From an uncultured Bacilli bacterium (GTDB taxonomy: Bacteria > Bacillota_I > Bacilli_A > RF39 > UBA660), in NCBI GenBank assembly GCA_934148875.1, contig CAKPDJ010000001.1:5840-69839 (forward strand): DNA of 64,000 bases, written 5' to 3'. The position numbers were made by a program, and so were the translations under genes. This document shows positions 29,965 through 39,547 of the stretch, in pieces. Within the stretch, counting starts at the first letter, position 1. Every line of letters begins with the position of its first letter. The notes under the pieces were generated by a model. It saw only the letters and a program-made list of their open reading frames with translations, made no database searches and had not been told where the DNA came from.

Positions 29965-31820
29965 ATTCTTTTTTCCTTTTTTAGATAAACCATTAATATA
30001 GAAATATCAGCAGGATTAACACCACTAATACGAGAAGCTTGAGCAATTGTGGTTGGTCTTACTTGGGCTAATTTTTGTCTTGCCTCACTAGCCAAGTTGT
30101 GAACATTATCATAGTTTATATCTTCTGGAATTTTTACTTTTTCTAGGTCTAGCATTTTTTCGGCTTCTCTATTTGCTTTTACGATGTAACCTTCATATTT
30201 ATCTATTATTTCTACTTGTTCTACTACTTCATCACTGTAATCAATATCTATAAAATGTTTTATATTATCAAAAGTTATTTCTGGTCTTTTTAATAGTTCA
30301 TATAGGGTAATACCGTCTAATAATTTAGTAGAATTAATACTAGCTAAATAGTCATTTGTATCTTTAGTTGGTGTTACTTTATTTTCTTTTAATAAATTGA
30401 GTAGTTCTTGAATTTTAGTTTTCTTTTCTATAAATTTTTGATATCTATCTTCTGATATTAAACCTATTTCGTGACCATATTCTCTTAATCTTAAGTCGGC
30501 ATTATCATGACGAAGCAATAATCTATATTCAGCACGAGATGTTAACATACGATATGGTTCTTTAGTTCCTTTAGTTACTAAATCATCAATTAATACACCA
30601 ATATAAGCTTCATTTCTTTTTAAAATTAATGGTTCTTGATTATGAATCTTACGAGATGCATTGATACCAGCTATTAATCCTTGCCCAGCAGCTTCTTCAT
30701 AACCACTTGTACCGTTTATTTGTCCTGCTGTAAATAAATTTTCAAGTACTTTGGTTTCTAGTGACTGTTTTAATTGTAGAGGGTCTATGGCATCATACTC
30801 GATAGCATAGGCATATTTTAATATTTTAGCATGTTCTAATCCTGGTAAACTATGAACCATTAAGTCTTGAATTTCTTCTGGCATACTAGTTGAAAAACCT
30901 TGAATGTAAATATCATCATAATATAAACTTTCTGGTTCTAGGAATAGTTGATGTCTTTCTTTATCTTTGAAACGAACTACTTTATCCTCTATAGAAGGAC
31001 AATATCTAGGACCAATTCCTTCTACATAGCCACCATACATACTTGATTTTTCTAGGTTATCCATAATAATTTTATGAGTTTCTTTCGTTGTATAGATTAA
31101 ATGACATGGTACTTGGTCTTCTACTTTATAAAGTGGTGTGTTATCAAATGAGAAAGTATGTGGAGTGCTATCACCTGGTTCTAGACTAGTTTTTGAATAA
31201 TCAATACTATTTTTATCTATTCTTTGAGGAGTACCTGTTTTTAATCTTTGAATAGTAAATCCATATTCTCTTAACTTATCACTTAAAAATTTAGAAGGTC
31301 TTTCTCCGTGTGGACCACTAACTGTTTTTTTAGCGCCTCTTAGAATAACTGCTTTTAAATAAGTTCCTGTTGTTAAAACTACTGCTTTGGCATAAATTTT
31401 TTCTCCGGTTTCTAAAACTACACCTTTTACTATGTTATCTTCTACAATTAAGTCTTCTACAAGTGATTCTTTAATTTCTAGATTTTCTTGATTTTTCATA
31501 GTTTCTAACATAGCCTTTGGATAAGTAATTTTATCACCTTGTGCTCTTAGTGCTCTTACTGCTGGTCCTTTTTTTGTATTTAACATTTTAACTTGTAAAC
31601 AACTATGATCAATATTGTTGGCCATTTCACCACCTAAAGCATCTATTTCTCTTACAATAATTCCTTTAGCAGGTCCACCTATTGATGGATTACATGGCAT
31701 ATCGGCAATATTTTTAATATTTCCTGTTACTAATAAAGTTTTATTATGTAGACGAGCTGATGCTAGTGATGCTTCACAACCAGCATGACCTCCACCTACA
31801 ACGATAATATCATATTCCAT
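29961..31820 (-). CDS. mnmG: tRNA uridine 5-carboxymethylaminomethyl modification enzyme MnmG
   Basis: FAD-binding N-terminus (YDIIVVGGGHAGCEA). The ORF-track start at 31859 is GTG; the ATG at 31818-31820 with an upstream GAGGAAG is the more likely start. Confidence 0.95.
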   Translation of the reverse strand: MEYDIIVVGGGHAGCEASLASARLHNKTLLVTGNIKNIADMPCNPSIGGPAKGIIVREIDALGGEMANNIDHSCLQVKMLNTKKGPAVRALRAQGDKITYPKAMLETMKNQENLEIKESLVEDLIVEDNIVKGVVLETGEKIYAKAVVLTTGTYLKAVILRGAKKTVSGPHGERPSKFLSDKLREYGFTIQRLKTGTPQRIDKNSIDYSKTSLEPGDSTPHTFSFDNTPLYKVEDQVPCHLIYTTKETHKIIMDNLEKSSMYGGYVEGIGPRYCPSIEDKVVRFKDKERHQLFLEPESLYYDDIYIQGFSTSMPEEIQDLMVHSLPGLEHAKILKYAYAIEYDAIDPLQLKQSLETKVLENLFTAGQINGTSGYEEAAGQGLIAGINASRKIHNQEPLILKRNEAYIGVLIDDLVTKGTKEPYRMLTSRAEYRLLLRHDNADLRLREYGHEIGLISEDRYQKFIEKKTKIQELLNLLKENKVTPTKDTNDYLASINSTKLLDGITLYELLKRPEITFDNIKHFIDIDYSDEVVEQVEIIDKYEGYIVKANREAEKMLDLEKVKIPEDINYDNVHNLASEARQKLAQVRPTTIAQASRISGVNPADISILMVYLKKEKRI

Positions 31821-31912
31821 TTTGATACACTTCCTCTTTTTTCTGCAATTATTATACACTAGTTTTATATTTTGTGAAATATTTTTTCAAAATAAAAAGA
31901 GACTTAAATCTC

Positions 31913-32209
31913 TTATCTTTTACAAGTTCCTGTTGTATTAGTGCTAAACCAATTACTAAATTGATTTAAATATTCATCTACACCGATTTGTTCTGCTATC
32001 TTTTGTTGACCATCTAAATCATATGTAATACCCTTAGCAGTATAACCAGTAATCTTTTTATCATTGTACATAATTGTTATATTACCTTCATTAGACTTAC
32101 AAACCATTTTTTTTGATGTTGTGTATGTAATACCTATAATTATTGCAGCGATTGCAGCAATAGCTAATACTATACCACCAATTATCATTAATACTTTTTT
32201 CATATACAC
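31913..32209 (-). CDS. Small membrane-anchored protein, function unknown
   Basis: 98 aa protein with an N-terminal TM helix (VLMIIGGIVLAIAAIAAIIIGI). It is inserted between mnmE and mnmG. Confidence 0.45.
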   Translation of the reverse strand: MYMKKVLMIIGGIVLAIAAIAAIIIGITYTTSKKMVCKSNEGNITIMYNDKKITGYTAKGITYDLDGQQKIAEQIGVDEYLNQFSNWFSTNTTGTCKR

Positions 32210-32296
32210 TCCTTATTTATTATACATTTTGATAGTAATTGATAGTAACATAATTTTATTTTCTAGTAAATAGCTTTAAGATTTATTATTAAAATT

Positions 32297-32310
32297 ATTT
32301 CCCGGGAAAT
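32297..32310. promoter_or_regulatory. Noc-binding site (NBS), perfect consensus
   Basis: ATTTCCCGGGAAAT sits inside the 24-bp perfect palindrome 32292-32315 (AAATTATTTCCCGGGAAATAATTT), in the mnmE–small ORF intergenic region. Confidence 0.7.
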
Positions 32311-32363
32311 AATTTTTGAAGTTTAATTATGTTTTTTGTGTTTATATTACACTTTTTATAACT

Positions 32364-33719
32364 TTATTTACCTAAACAAAACTGACTAAACAGTTGGTCG
32401 ATTAATTCTTCGGTATAAGTTTCACCTATTATTTCACCAAGCTTTTCCCAAGCACGCTTAATATCAATTTCTATCATATCAACTGGTACTTCATTTTCTA
32501 TTCCTTTATCAACTTCTTCTAATATACTATTAGCTTCTTTTGCTAGTGAAATTTGTCTTACATTACTTAGATATGTGTAATCTTGCTGTTCTAATTCATT
32601 CAAATTAAATAATTCTACTATTTTTTCTTTTAAGGAATTTATACCGTTTAAATCAATTGTATTTGTATAAACAATATTTTTGTATTTAATATCATCTAAA
32701 TTTATTTTTCTTTCTAAATCACTTTTATTAATAACTACAATTACCTTTTTATCTTTACAAGAAGCTAATATCTTTTTATCTTCTTCTGATAATTTTTCAT
32801 TATTATTTAAAACAATAATAATTAAGTCAGCTTCATTAATTAAACTTAAACTCTTTTCAACACCTATTTTTTCTACAATATCCTCTGTCTCACGGATACC
32901 AGCTGTATCAATAATATTTAAAGATACTCCATTAATCGTTATTGAACCTTCAACAGTATCACGAGTTGTTCCTTCAATATCGGTAACGATAGCTTTTTCC
33001 TCATCTAATAATCTATTTAAAATACTACTCTTTCCTACATTTGGTTTTCCAATAATAATAGTTTTAATACCACTAGTTAAAATTTTACCATTTTCAGATT
33101 CATTAATTATCTTAGCTAACTTTTCTTTTATTTCAGTAATCTTTGGTTTTACTATATCATTAGTCATTACAATTGCATCTTCATATTCTGGATAGTCAAT
33201 ATTTACTTCAATTGAAGCTAATAGTTCTAGTATTTCTTGTCTTAAATTTCTAATAATATTACTAACATAACCATTTAATCCTTTAATTGCAACCTTTCTT
33301 TTAGTTTCATTCTTAGAATTTATTAAATCCATTACTGATTCAGCTTGAGTTAAGTCAATTCTACCATTTAAAAAAGCACGTTTAGTAAATTCACCAGGCT
33401 CAGCTAATCTTGCACCATTATTTAATACCAGTTCTAATACTTTATTTGTAGTAGAAATACCACCATGGCAATTAATTTCGACTATATCTTCGGTAGTGAA
33501 GGTTTTAGGAGATTTCATAACTGATACTAATACTTCATCAATTATTTCATCTTTATCTATAATATGTCCATAATTAATTGTATGTGTATCTACTGTTTCT
33601 AAATTTTTACCTTTAAATATATTATTTACTATTTTTATAGCATCGTTTCCACTTACTCTAATAATAGAAATAGCACCTACTCCTAAAGTAGTTGAAACAG
33701 CGGCAATCGTATCATTCAT
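32364..33719 (-). CDS. mnmE: tRNA modification GTPase MnmE
   Basis: G-domain (GKPNVGKSSILN; DTAGIRE), a C-terminal CxGK motif (FCLGK) and a 5-formyl-THF-binding N-terminal domain. Confidence 0.95.
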   Translation of the reverse strand: MNDTIAAVSTTLGVGAISIIRVSGNDAIKIVNNIFKGKNLETVDTHTINYGHIIDKDEIIDEVLVSVMKSPKTFTTEDIVEINCHGGISTTNKVLELVLNNGARLAEPGEFTKRAFLNGRIDLTQAESVMDLINSKNETKRKVAIKGLNGYVSNIIRNLRQEILELLASIEVNIDYPEYEDAIVMTNDIVKPKITEIKEKLAKIINESENGKILTSGIKTIIIGKPNVGKSSILNRLLDEEKAIVTDIEGTTRDTVEGSITINGVSLNIIDTAGIRETEDIVEKIGVEKSLSLINEADLIIIVLNNNEKLSEEDKKILASCKDKKVIVVINKSDLERKINLDDIKYKNIVYTNTIDLNGINSLKEKIVELFNLNELEQQDYTYLSNVRQISLAKEANSILEEVDKGIENEVPVDMIEIDIKRAWEKLGEIIGETYTEELIDQLFSQFCLGK

Positions 33720-33777
33720 AGTAACACCTCTTCTATATGCAATATACTATCATTCTTTTAATAAAAAGAAAAGAAGA

Positions 33778-34392
33778 TTATTCATCTTCCTTTGGTTTAA
33801 TTACTACATAACGATTAGGTTCTTCGCCTTCACTTTCTGTAGTTACATTTTTATTATCTGCTAGAATAGTATGAATAATTCTTCTTTCATAAGAGTTCAT
33901 TGGATCAAGTTTTGCAGCTACTTTTGACGAAGCTACTTCTCTAGCTGTTCTCTTTGCTAAAGATTCTAGTTTATGTTCACGAGCTAATTTATATTCACCA
34001 ATATCTAAATTAAATGGAAAATATTCACCTATTTCATTATATAAAGTTTGTTTTAATACTAAATTTAAGGATGTTAATGTTCTACCATTTTTTCCAATTA
34101 AAATAGAATTATTATCAGAAATAACTGTTATATTTACTCCATTATCGCGTTTTTTTACTTCTAAATTGCAAGTAAGACCCATGTTAGTAATCAATTCTTT
34201 TAAGTATTCTTTAATATATTCAATTACATCATCATGTCTAATTACTTCTATTTCTACCTTTTTATTAAATAAACCATTTTTTACTTCTACTTCCTTAATA
34301 TATAGGTCTTTTTCTAATTCTTGGAGTGCTACTTTAGCATTATTTATTGCTTCTTCTTTAGTTTTTCCACTATATCTATTTTTTACTAACAT
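33778..34392 (-). CDS. jag: Jag/KhpB RNA-binding protein (KH + R3H domains)
   Basis: 204 aa protein downstream of yidC, with a KH-like and a C-terminal R3H region (YERRIIHTILADNKNVTTESEGEEPNRYVVI). Confidence 0.85.
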   Translation of the reverse strand: MLVKNRYSGKTKEEAINNAKVALQELEKDLYIKEVEVKNGLFNKKVEIEVIRHDDVIEYIKEYLKELITNMGLTCNLEVKKRDNGVNITVISDNNSILIGKNGRTLTSLNLVLKQTLYNEIGEYFPFNLDIGEYKLAREHKLESLAKRTAREVASSKVAAKLDPMNSYERRIIHTILADNKNVTTESEGEEPNRYVVIKPKEDE

Positions 34393-35312
34393 ACTTCTTT
34401 ACTCCTTTTTACAATTAAATTTTGAACTACAGTAAATAAGTTGGTTGTTATCCAATAAATACATAATGCTGCTGGCATAAAGAAGCCCATTACTATAATC
34501 ATGATAGTCATAGTTGTTGACATATTTTTCATTGGACTACTACTAGATTCAGCTGTTGTTTTATTAAGATTAAATGAGAAATATGTAGTTACACCAACTA
34601 ATAAAATTAAAATGATATATAACCAATTTCCTTGACTTAATAAACCAACTGAAGGTGTTGTACCTAATTGTAAGCCTAAAAAGTTTTCCTCAAATAATGC
34701 TGGTACACGATTAATTGCCTCTAAAAATGCTATAAATAATGGTAATTGGATAAATCCATATAGACATCCTGATATAGGATTTATATTATATTTCTTATAA
34801 AGCATAGTCATTTCTTGACTTTTCTTCATAATTGATTCTTGATCTGTTTTATTAGCATACTTCTTTTCTAACTTTTCTAATTCTGGTTGAGCCTTTTTTA
34901 ATAATTCTGATTGCATTGCTGTTTTTTTAGTTACAGGGTATGCAATCAATCTAATGATGATACTTGTAATTATTAAAGCTAAGGCAGCACTTTTTACGTA
35001 TTTAGCAAACCATAATATTACAAATGCTAATGGTTTAACAAATATACTATCCCATAATCCTTCATAACCACCACTATTAATTTTAAATTCACTACATTTA
35101 GGATATTTTGATAAATCTACACCATTATCTTCATATGCCTTAATAGTTTTTTCATTTTCTGGTTGACAAAAAATATTTTCAGTTAAACTCTGCCCTGTCT
35201 CTGGATTCGTAACAACTTTTTTATCACTACCCTTTAATGTTTTTGTACATCCTGTTGTTAATAATAGTAATAAGGCTACTAATATTATTACTTTCTTATT
35301 ATTTTTATTCAT
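34386..35312 (-). CDS. yidC: Membrane protein insertase YidC/SpoIIIJ (lipoprotein type)
   Basis: Lipobox (LLLLTTGCTK) and a 60-kDa inner-membrane insertase core. GGAG RBS. Confidence 0.9.
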   Translation of the reverse strand: MNKNNKKVIILVALLLLLTTGCTKTLKGSDKKVVTNPETGQSLTENIFCQPENEKTIKAYEDNGVDLSKYPKCSEFKINSGGYEGLWDSIFVKPLAFVILWFAKYVKSAALALIITSIIIRLIAYPVTKKTAMQSELLKKAQPELEKLEKKYANKTDQESIMKKSQEMTMLYKKYNINPISGCLYGFIQLPLFIAFLEAINRVPALFEENFLGLQLGTTPSVGLLSQGNWLYIILILLVGVTTYFSFNLNKTTAESSSSPMKNMSTTMTIMIIVMGFFMPAALCIYWITTNLFTVVQNLIVKRSKEVC

Positions 35313-35322
35313 TTAAATCTCC

Positions 35323-35652
35323 TTATCTTATCTTTTTCATTATTTCTATGAAGCTATTTTCTAGTTCTTGATAATTTTCCTCTAAACAACTTCTCTTCAT
35401 TATTATAATATAATCTCGATCTTTTTGATAGATATTTTTGTTATTATCAATGATACTTTTTAACATTCTTTTTAATTTATTTCTAATTACTGCTTTATTT
35501 GATATTTTTTTACCTACTGAAAGACCAAAACGATAATATTCTGACATTTTAGGAGCTGTGTATATAATATAGTAATTATTTTTAAGTAATCTGCCATTAT
35601 GCATGATATATTCAAAATCTTGTGTTTTTTTTATGATATTTATTTTTTTCAT
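35323..35652 (-). CDS. rnpA: RNase P protein component
   Basis: RnpA motif (KKISNKAVIRNKLKRMLK). The ATG at 35650-52 has a GGTGA RBS and is preferred over the track start at 35697. Confidence 0.85.
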   Translation of the reverse strand: MKKINIIKKTQDFEYIMHNGRLLKNNYYIIYTAPKMSEYYRFGLSVGKKISNKAVIRNKLKRMLKSIIDNNKNIYQKDRDYIIIMKRSCLEENYQELENSFIEIMKKIR

Positions 35653-35711
35653 ATCATCACCTATTCTATTCTTATTAAAAAGCAAAAAAAACCACATAAT
35701 TGTGGCATTTT

Positions 35712-35834
35712 TTATTTAGATAATCTTTTACGACCTTTTGCTCTTCTTTTCTTTAATACGTTACCTTTAACTCTTGAAAAAAATCCATGTGCTTTTTTCA
35801 TCTTACGATTATTTGGTTGATAAGTTCTTTTCAT
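35712..35834 (-). CDS. rpmH: 50S ribosomal protein L34
   Basis: Manual translation gives [40 protein letters not shown]. The gene is below the ORF-track size cut-off. Confidence 0.9.
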   Translation of the reverse strand: MKRTYQPNNRKMKKAHGFFSRVKGNVLKKRRAKGRKRLSK

Positions 35835-35938
35835 AGTTTCCACCTCCAGACATAAAATCTACATTATTATAATAATAAATATTTGGTTTTGTCAATTATT
35901 TCCTTAAAAAATATTAATTTTAAGCATTTCTAATAAAT

Positions 35939-36115
35939 TTTTCCACACTTTCCACAATCTTGTTTATAACTTTATCAACCCTGTGATTATTTATTTTTTT
36001 ATTTTTGTGGAAAAGTGTGATATATTCAATATATATAAGGGTTATAATTGTGGAAAAAATTGTTGATAAGTTGTGAATAAAAAAAAAGATAAATTTTACT
36101 ATTTATTTTTCCACA
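35939..36115. promoter_or_regulatory. oriC upstream DnaA-box cluster (incA-like part of bipartite origin)
   Basis: At least five DnaA-box matches in both orientations: TTTTCCACA at 35939-47, 35948-56 and 36107-15, its reverse complement TGTGGAAAA at 36006-14 and 36049-57, and TGTTGATAA at 36061-69. Confidence 0.8.
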
Positions 36116-36176
36116 ATTTTAAGTTAGAATAAGACTTGCAATTTGAAATTATCTTTAGTCAGGGGGGATAATAATA

Positions 36177-37586
36177 ATGAATACAAAAATTATTTGGGCT
36201 AATTTTTTAAACGTTATTAAAAATGAATTAAATCCCTTGTCTTTTGAAACTTGGTTTAAAAATACAGAATTATATGAATATAAAGATGGAGTATGTAAGA
36301 TAATAGTTCCAATGGCTATGTATAAAAAGCACTTAGCTACTAAATATTATGAATTAATAGTAGATAATCTTAATAATGTTGTAGGAGATAATGTTGATAT
36401 TGAATTTTATACTAAAGAAGAAATTGATGAACAAGAAAATGAAGACATTGGTAATAATAATATAAATCCTATGTATATCCACAATAATGTTGATAACGTT
36501 ACAGAAAATGTAAGTAATAATAATGTTATTAACAATTTCTGTTCAAATCTTAATAAAAATTATACTTTTGAAAATTTTATAGTAGGGAATACAAATAAAT
36601 TTGCACAAGCTGCAGCATTAGAAGTTGCTGAAAATCCTGGTGTTTTATATAATCCTTTATTTATATATGGAAATAGTGGTCTAGGTAAAACACATTTGAT
36701 GCATGCAATTGGTAATTATATAACTGAACATTCTAATAAAAAGGTTTTATATGTATCAAGTGATCAATTCATTACAGATTTCTTAGGTATAAATAAAAAA
36801 GATGAGCACGGTAAAAACTTTGACTACGTTAGTTATTTTAAAAATAAATATAGAAGTATTGATGTATTAATAGTAGATGATATTCAGTTTTTTCAAGGTG
36901 CGCCGCAAACACAAAATGAATTTTTTAATACATTTACTAAGCTTTATGATGAAAATAAGCAAATAATTATTTCATCAGACCGTTCACCGGATGATTTAAA
37001 ATTACTTGAAGATAGGTTAAGAACTAGATTTTGTTGGGGATTAACGGCAGATATATTTCCACCAGATTTTGATTTAAGAGTAGCTATTATTAAGAAGAAG
37101 ATAATAGGGGAGTCATTAAACAAAAATATACCAGATGATGTGATTGAATATATTGCTTCTAATGTTGGTAGTGATGTTAGACATCTTGAAGGTTCTATTA
37201 CTAGATTGTTGGCATATTCAACTATTATGGGTGGTGCTGAAATAACATTAGATCTAGCAGTAGATGTATTAAAAGATTTTGTAAATAAAGGATACAGTGA
37301 AAAAAACAGTGTTAATAGAATACAAAGAATTGTTGCTGAATATTTTCAGGTATCAGTTGAAGATATGAAATCTAAAAAGAGAAGTGCTAATTTAGCATTT
37401 CCAAGACAAGTAGCAATGTATTTATGCAGGAAACTAACAAATGAATCATTTCCTAAGATAGGAATTGAATTTGGTGGTAAAGATCATTCAACAGTTATGC
37501 ATTCCGTGGAAAAAATAGAAAATGAAATATCAACTAATAAAGAATTAGCTAATATTATAGAAAAATTAAAGAAAGAAATAGTATAG
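36177..37586 (+). CDS. dnaA: Chromosomal replication initiator DnaA
   Basis: AAA+ Walker A (GNSGLGKTHLMHAIGN), C-terminal DNA-binding domain IV and an AGGGGG RBS. Confidence 0.97.
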   Translation: MNTKIIWANFLNVIKNELNPLSFETWFKNTELYEYKDGVCKIIVPMAMYKKHLATKYYELIVDNLNNVVGDNVDIEFYTKEEIDEQENEDIGNNNINPMYIHNNVDNVTENVSNNNVINNFCSNLNKNYTFENFIVGNTNKFAQAAALEVAENPGVLYNPLFIYGNSGLGKTHLMHAIGNYITEHSNKKVLYVSSDQFITDFLGINKKDEHGKNFDYVSYFKNKYRSIDVLIVDDIQFFQGAPQTQNEFFNTFTKLYDENKQIIISSDRSPDDLKLLEDRLRTRFCWGLTADIFPPDFDLRVAIIKKKIIGESLNKNIPDDVIEYIASNVGSDVRHLEGSITRLLAYSTIMGGAEITLDLAVDVLKDFVNKGYSEKNSVNRIQRIVAEYFQVSVEDMKSKKRSANLAFPRQVAMYLCRKLTNESFPKIGIEFGGKDHSTVMHSVEKIENEISTNKELANIIEKLKKEIV

Positions 37587-37588
37587 TG

Positions 37589-37686
37589 TGGATAAAATGT
37601 AAAAATAAAACTTTTTTTCCACAGGTAAAATTTTGAAAAAATATGATAAAATAAGGTTGAATGACAGTTATACACAGTTTCCACAG
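37589..37686. promoter_or_regulatory. oriC dnaA–dnaN intergenic DnaA boxes plus AT-rich unwinding region
   Basis: TGTGGATAA (perfect TTATCCACA on the reverse strand) at ~37589-97, TTTTCCACAG at ~37611-20 and GTTTCCACAG at ~37678-86, followed by an (AATAAT)n AT-rich tract. Confidence 0.75.
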
Positions 37687-37725
37687 TAATAATAATAATA
37701 ACTAATTAAGAAAGAAGGAATATAT

Positions 37726-38847
37726 ATGAAATTAAAAATTAAAAAAGATGTATTATTAGATGGATTAAATAAAGTTTCAAAAGCTTTATCTAGTAGAAAT
37801 TTGGTACCAGTATTATCTGGAATAAAATTTGATTTAACGAATGATGGATTATTATTAACTGCTAGTGATAATGATATTACCATTCAGGTATTTATTGATA
37901 AAACTGATGATATGAATATAGAAAAAGAGGGAAGTATTATTATTCAAGGTAAATATATTCTTGATATAGTACGTAAACTTCCTGATGAATTTATTAATAT
38001 TGAAGTTATTGATGAATTAAAAATAACTATTTATACAGATAATAGTGAATTTAATTTGAATGGTATAAATAAAAGTGAATATCCAAGTATTAATTTAGAT
38101 TTAAGTAAAAATCCATTATCAATTGATAGTAGAACATTTAAAAGTATTATTTATCAAACATCATTTGCTTCTTCAAATGATGAATCAAGACCTATCTTAA
38201 CTGGTATTAACTTTAAGATAGTTGGTAATGTTATGGAATGTAACTCAACTGATTCATATCGTTTATCTAGAAGAATAATAACATTAGAAAATGCTGTTGA
38301 AGATAACTATAATATAGTAATACCTAGTAAAAACTTATTGGAATTTATTAAAATAATGGATGATAGTGATGAAAAATTAGAATTACACATTTTTAATAAC
38401 AAGGTATTAATTAAGTATCAAAATATATTATTTCAATCTAGATTAATTAGTGGTACTTATCCTAATACAGCTAATTTATTACCTGATGAATTTTTATTAG
38501 CTATTAAAGTTAATGTTAATGAATTATATAATGTAATTGATCGTGCTAGTATTTTAACTAGTGATAAAGAAAAGAATATAGTTACATTTGAAATAGATGG
38601 TAATAAGTTATTTGTTAGAAGTAGTTCTGCTGAAATAGGTAGAGTAGAAGAAAAAATGAATATAGAAAAAGATAACGAAGAAAATCTAAGAATATCTTTT
38701 GTTGCCAAATATATGATGGAGGCTTTAAAATCATTTGATGATGAACAAGTAAGCATTTCCTTTGTTGGTGAAGTAAAACCTATTATCTTAAATTCAAATA
38801 AAGATGAAGGATTGACACAATTAGTATTACCAATTAGAACTTATTAA
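37726..38847 (+). CDS. dnaN: DNA polymerase III β sliding clamp
   Basis: 373 aa three-domain clamp directly after dnaA. AGAAGG RBS. Confidence 0.95.
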   Translation: MKLKIKKDVLLDGLNKVSKALSSRNLVPVLSGIKFDLTNDGLLLTASDNDITIQVFIDKTDDMNIEKEGSIIIQGKYILDIVRKLPDEFINIEVIDELKITIYTDNSEFNLNGINKSEYPSINLDLSKNPLSIDSRTFKSIIYQTSFASSNDESRPILTGINFKIVGNVMECNSTDSYRLSRRIITLENAVEDNYNIVIPSKNLLEFIKIMDDSDEKLELHIFNNKVLIKYQNILFQSRLISGTYPNTANLLPDEFLLAIKVNVNELYNVIDRASILTSDKEKNIVTFEIDGNKLFVRSSSAEIGRVEEKMNIEKDNEENLRISFVAKYMMEALKSFDDEQVSISFVGEVKPIILNSNKDEGLTQLVLPIRTY

Positions 38848-38851
38848 GATT

Positions 38852-38888
38852 AAAAAGTGAATTAATTTTCACTTTTTATTTTTTTTTG
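38852..38888 (+). terminator. Intrinsic terminator after dnaN
   Basis: aaaaagtgaa-ttaatt-ttcacttttt stem-loop followed by a T-run. Confidence 0.65.
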
Positions 38889-38968
38889 ATTATGAGACAT
38901 TTTTCGCTAAATTTCGACATGTAGTGTTGGTATAGTATAACTCGCAATTTATTTGCAGGGGGATATTT

Positions 38969-39421
38969 ATGAAAGAATATGAAGTAAATGATGAAACAAT
39001 GGCTATATTAGGAGTTGATGATAATAACTCAAAGGTTTATGAAAATAATAAGGAATATAAAATAGCTAGTAGTAGTTATGAAGTAATGGATTATTCATGT
39101 CAGTATTTTGGTAGTTCTTATTCAGGTAGAGTAGATGGTAGTAAAAGAATATTAGGAGCAAACTATAAATTACCAATTATAGTAGAAGAAAGTTCAGAAA
39201 TGATTTTTTTTCCTATTACTTCACCTGAAAAAAGTGATTGTATATGGATAGCATTAAAATGGTATAAGAGTGTTGAACAAGTGGGTAATACAACATATAT
39301 AATTCTTAAAAATGGCAAGAAAATAAAGACAATTATGTCAAAAAAATCAATAGAAAATCAAGTTATGAGAGCTTCTAGACTTAATTTAATTTTAAATGAG
39401 AGAAAATTAACTAAAATATAG
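38969..39421 (+). CDS. ComK-family competence transcription factor homologue
   Basis: The conserved ComK blocks are present: YEVN…TMAIL, SCQYFGSSYSGR, LPIIVEE, MIFFPITSP, DCIWIAL and ENQV. GGGGG RBS. Confidence 0.7.
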   Translation: MKEYEVNDETMAILGVDDNNSKVYENNKEYKIASSSYEVMDYSCQYFGSSYSGRVDGSKRILGANYKLPIIVEESSEMIFFPITSPEKSDCIWIALKWYKSVEQVGNTTYIILKNGKKIKTIMSKKSIENQVMRASRLNLILNERKLTKI

Positions 39422-39547
39422 CTAAAAAAAGAGATAAAATTCTCTTTTTTTGTGTTTTTAAGCCTGTATTATGTTATAATATATGTGTAGGTATAGGAGT
39501 ACAAAAAGGTACAAAAGGTGATTATATGAGTTTTTTTGAGGTTTTTT

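Noticed and set aside
32680-33195. Large antisense ORFs listed in the six-frame track. Examples: 171 aa opposite mnmE, 139 aa at 23806-24225 opposite the AbgT-like gene, 4628-5683 opposite the permease, 38457-38756 opposite dnaN, 43130-43640 opposite gyrA, and 45544-45813 across the parS array.
   Set aside because: They lie entirely within well-supported genes on the other strand or within the repeat array. Their composition is low-complexity, they have no RBS, and they are typical AT-rich frame artefacts.
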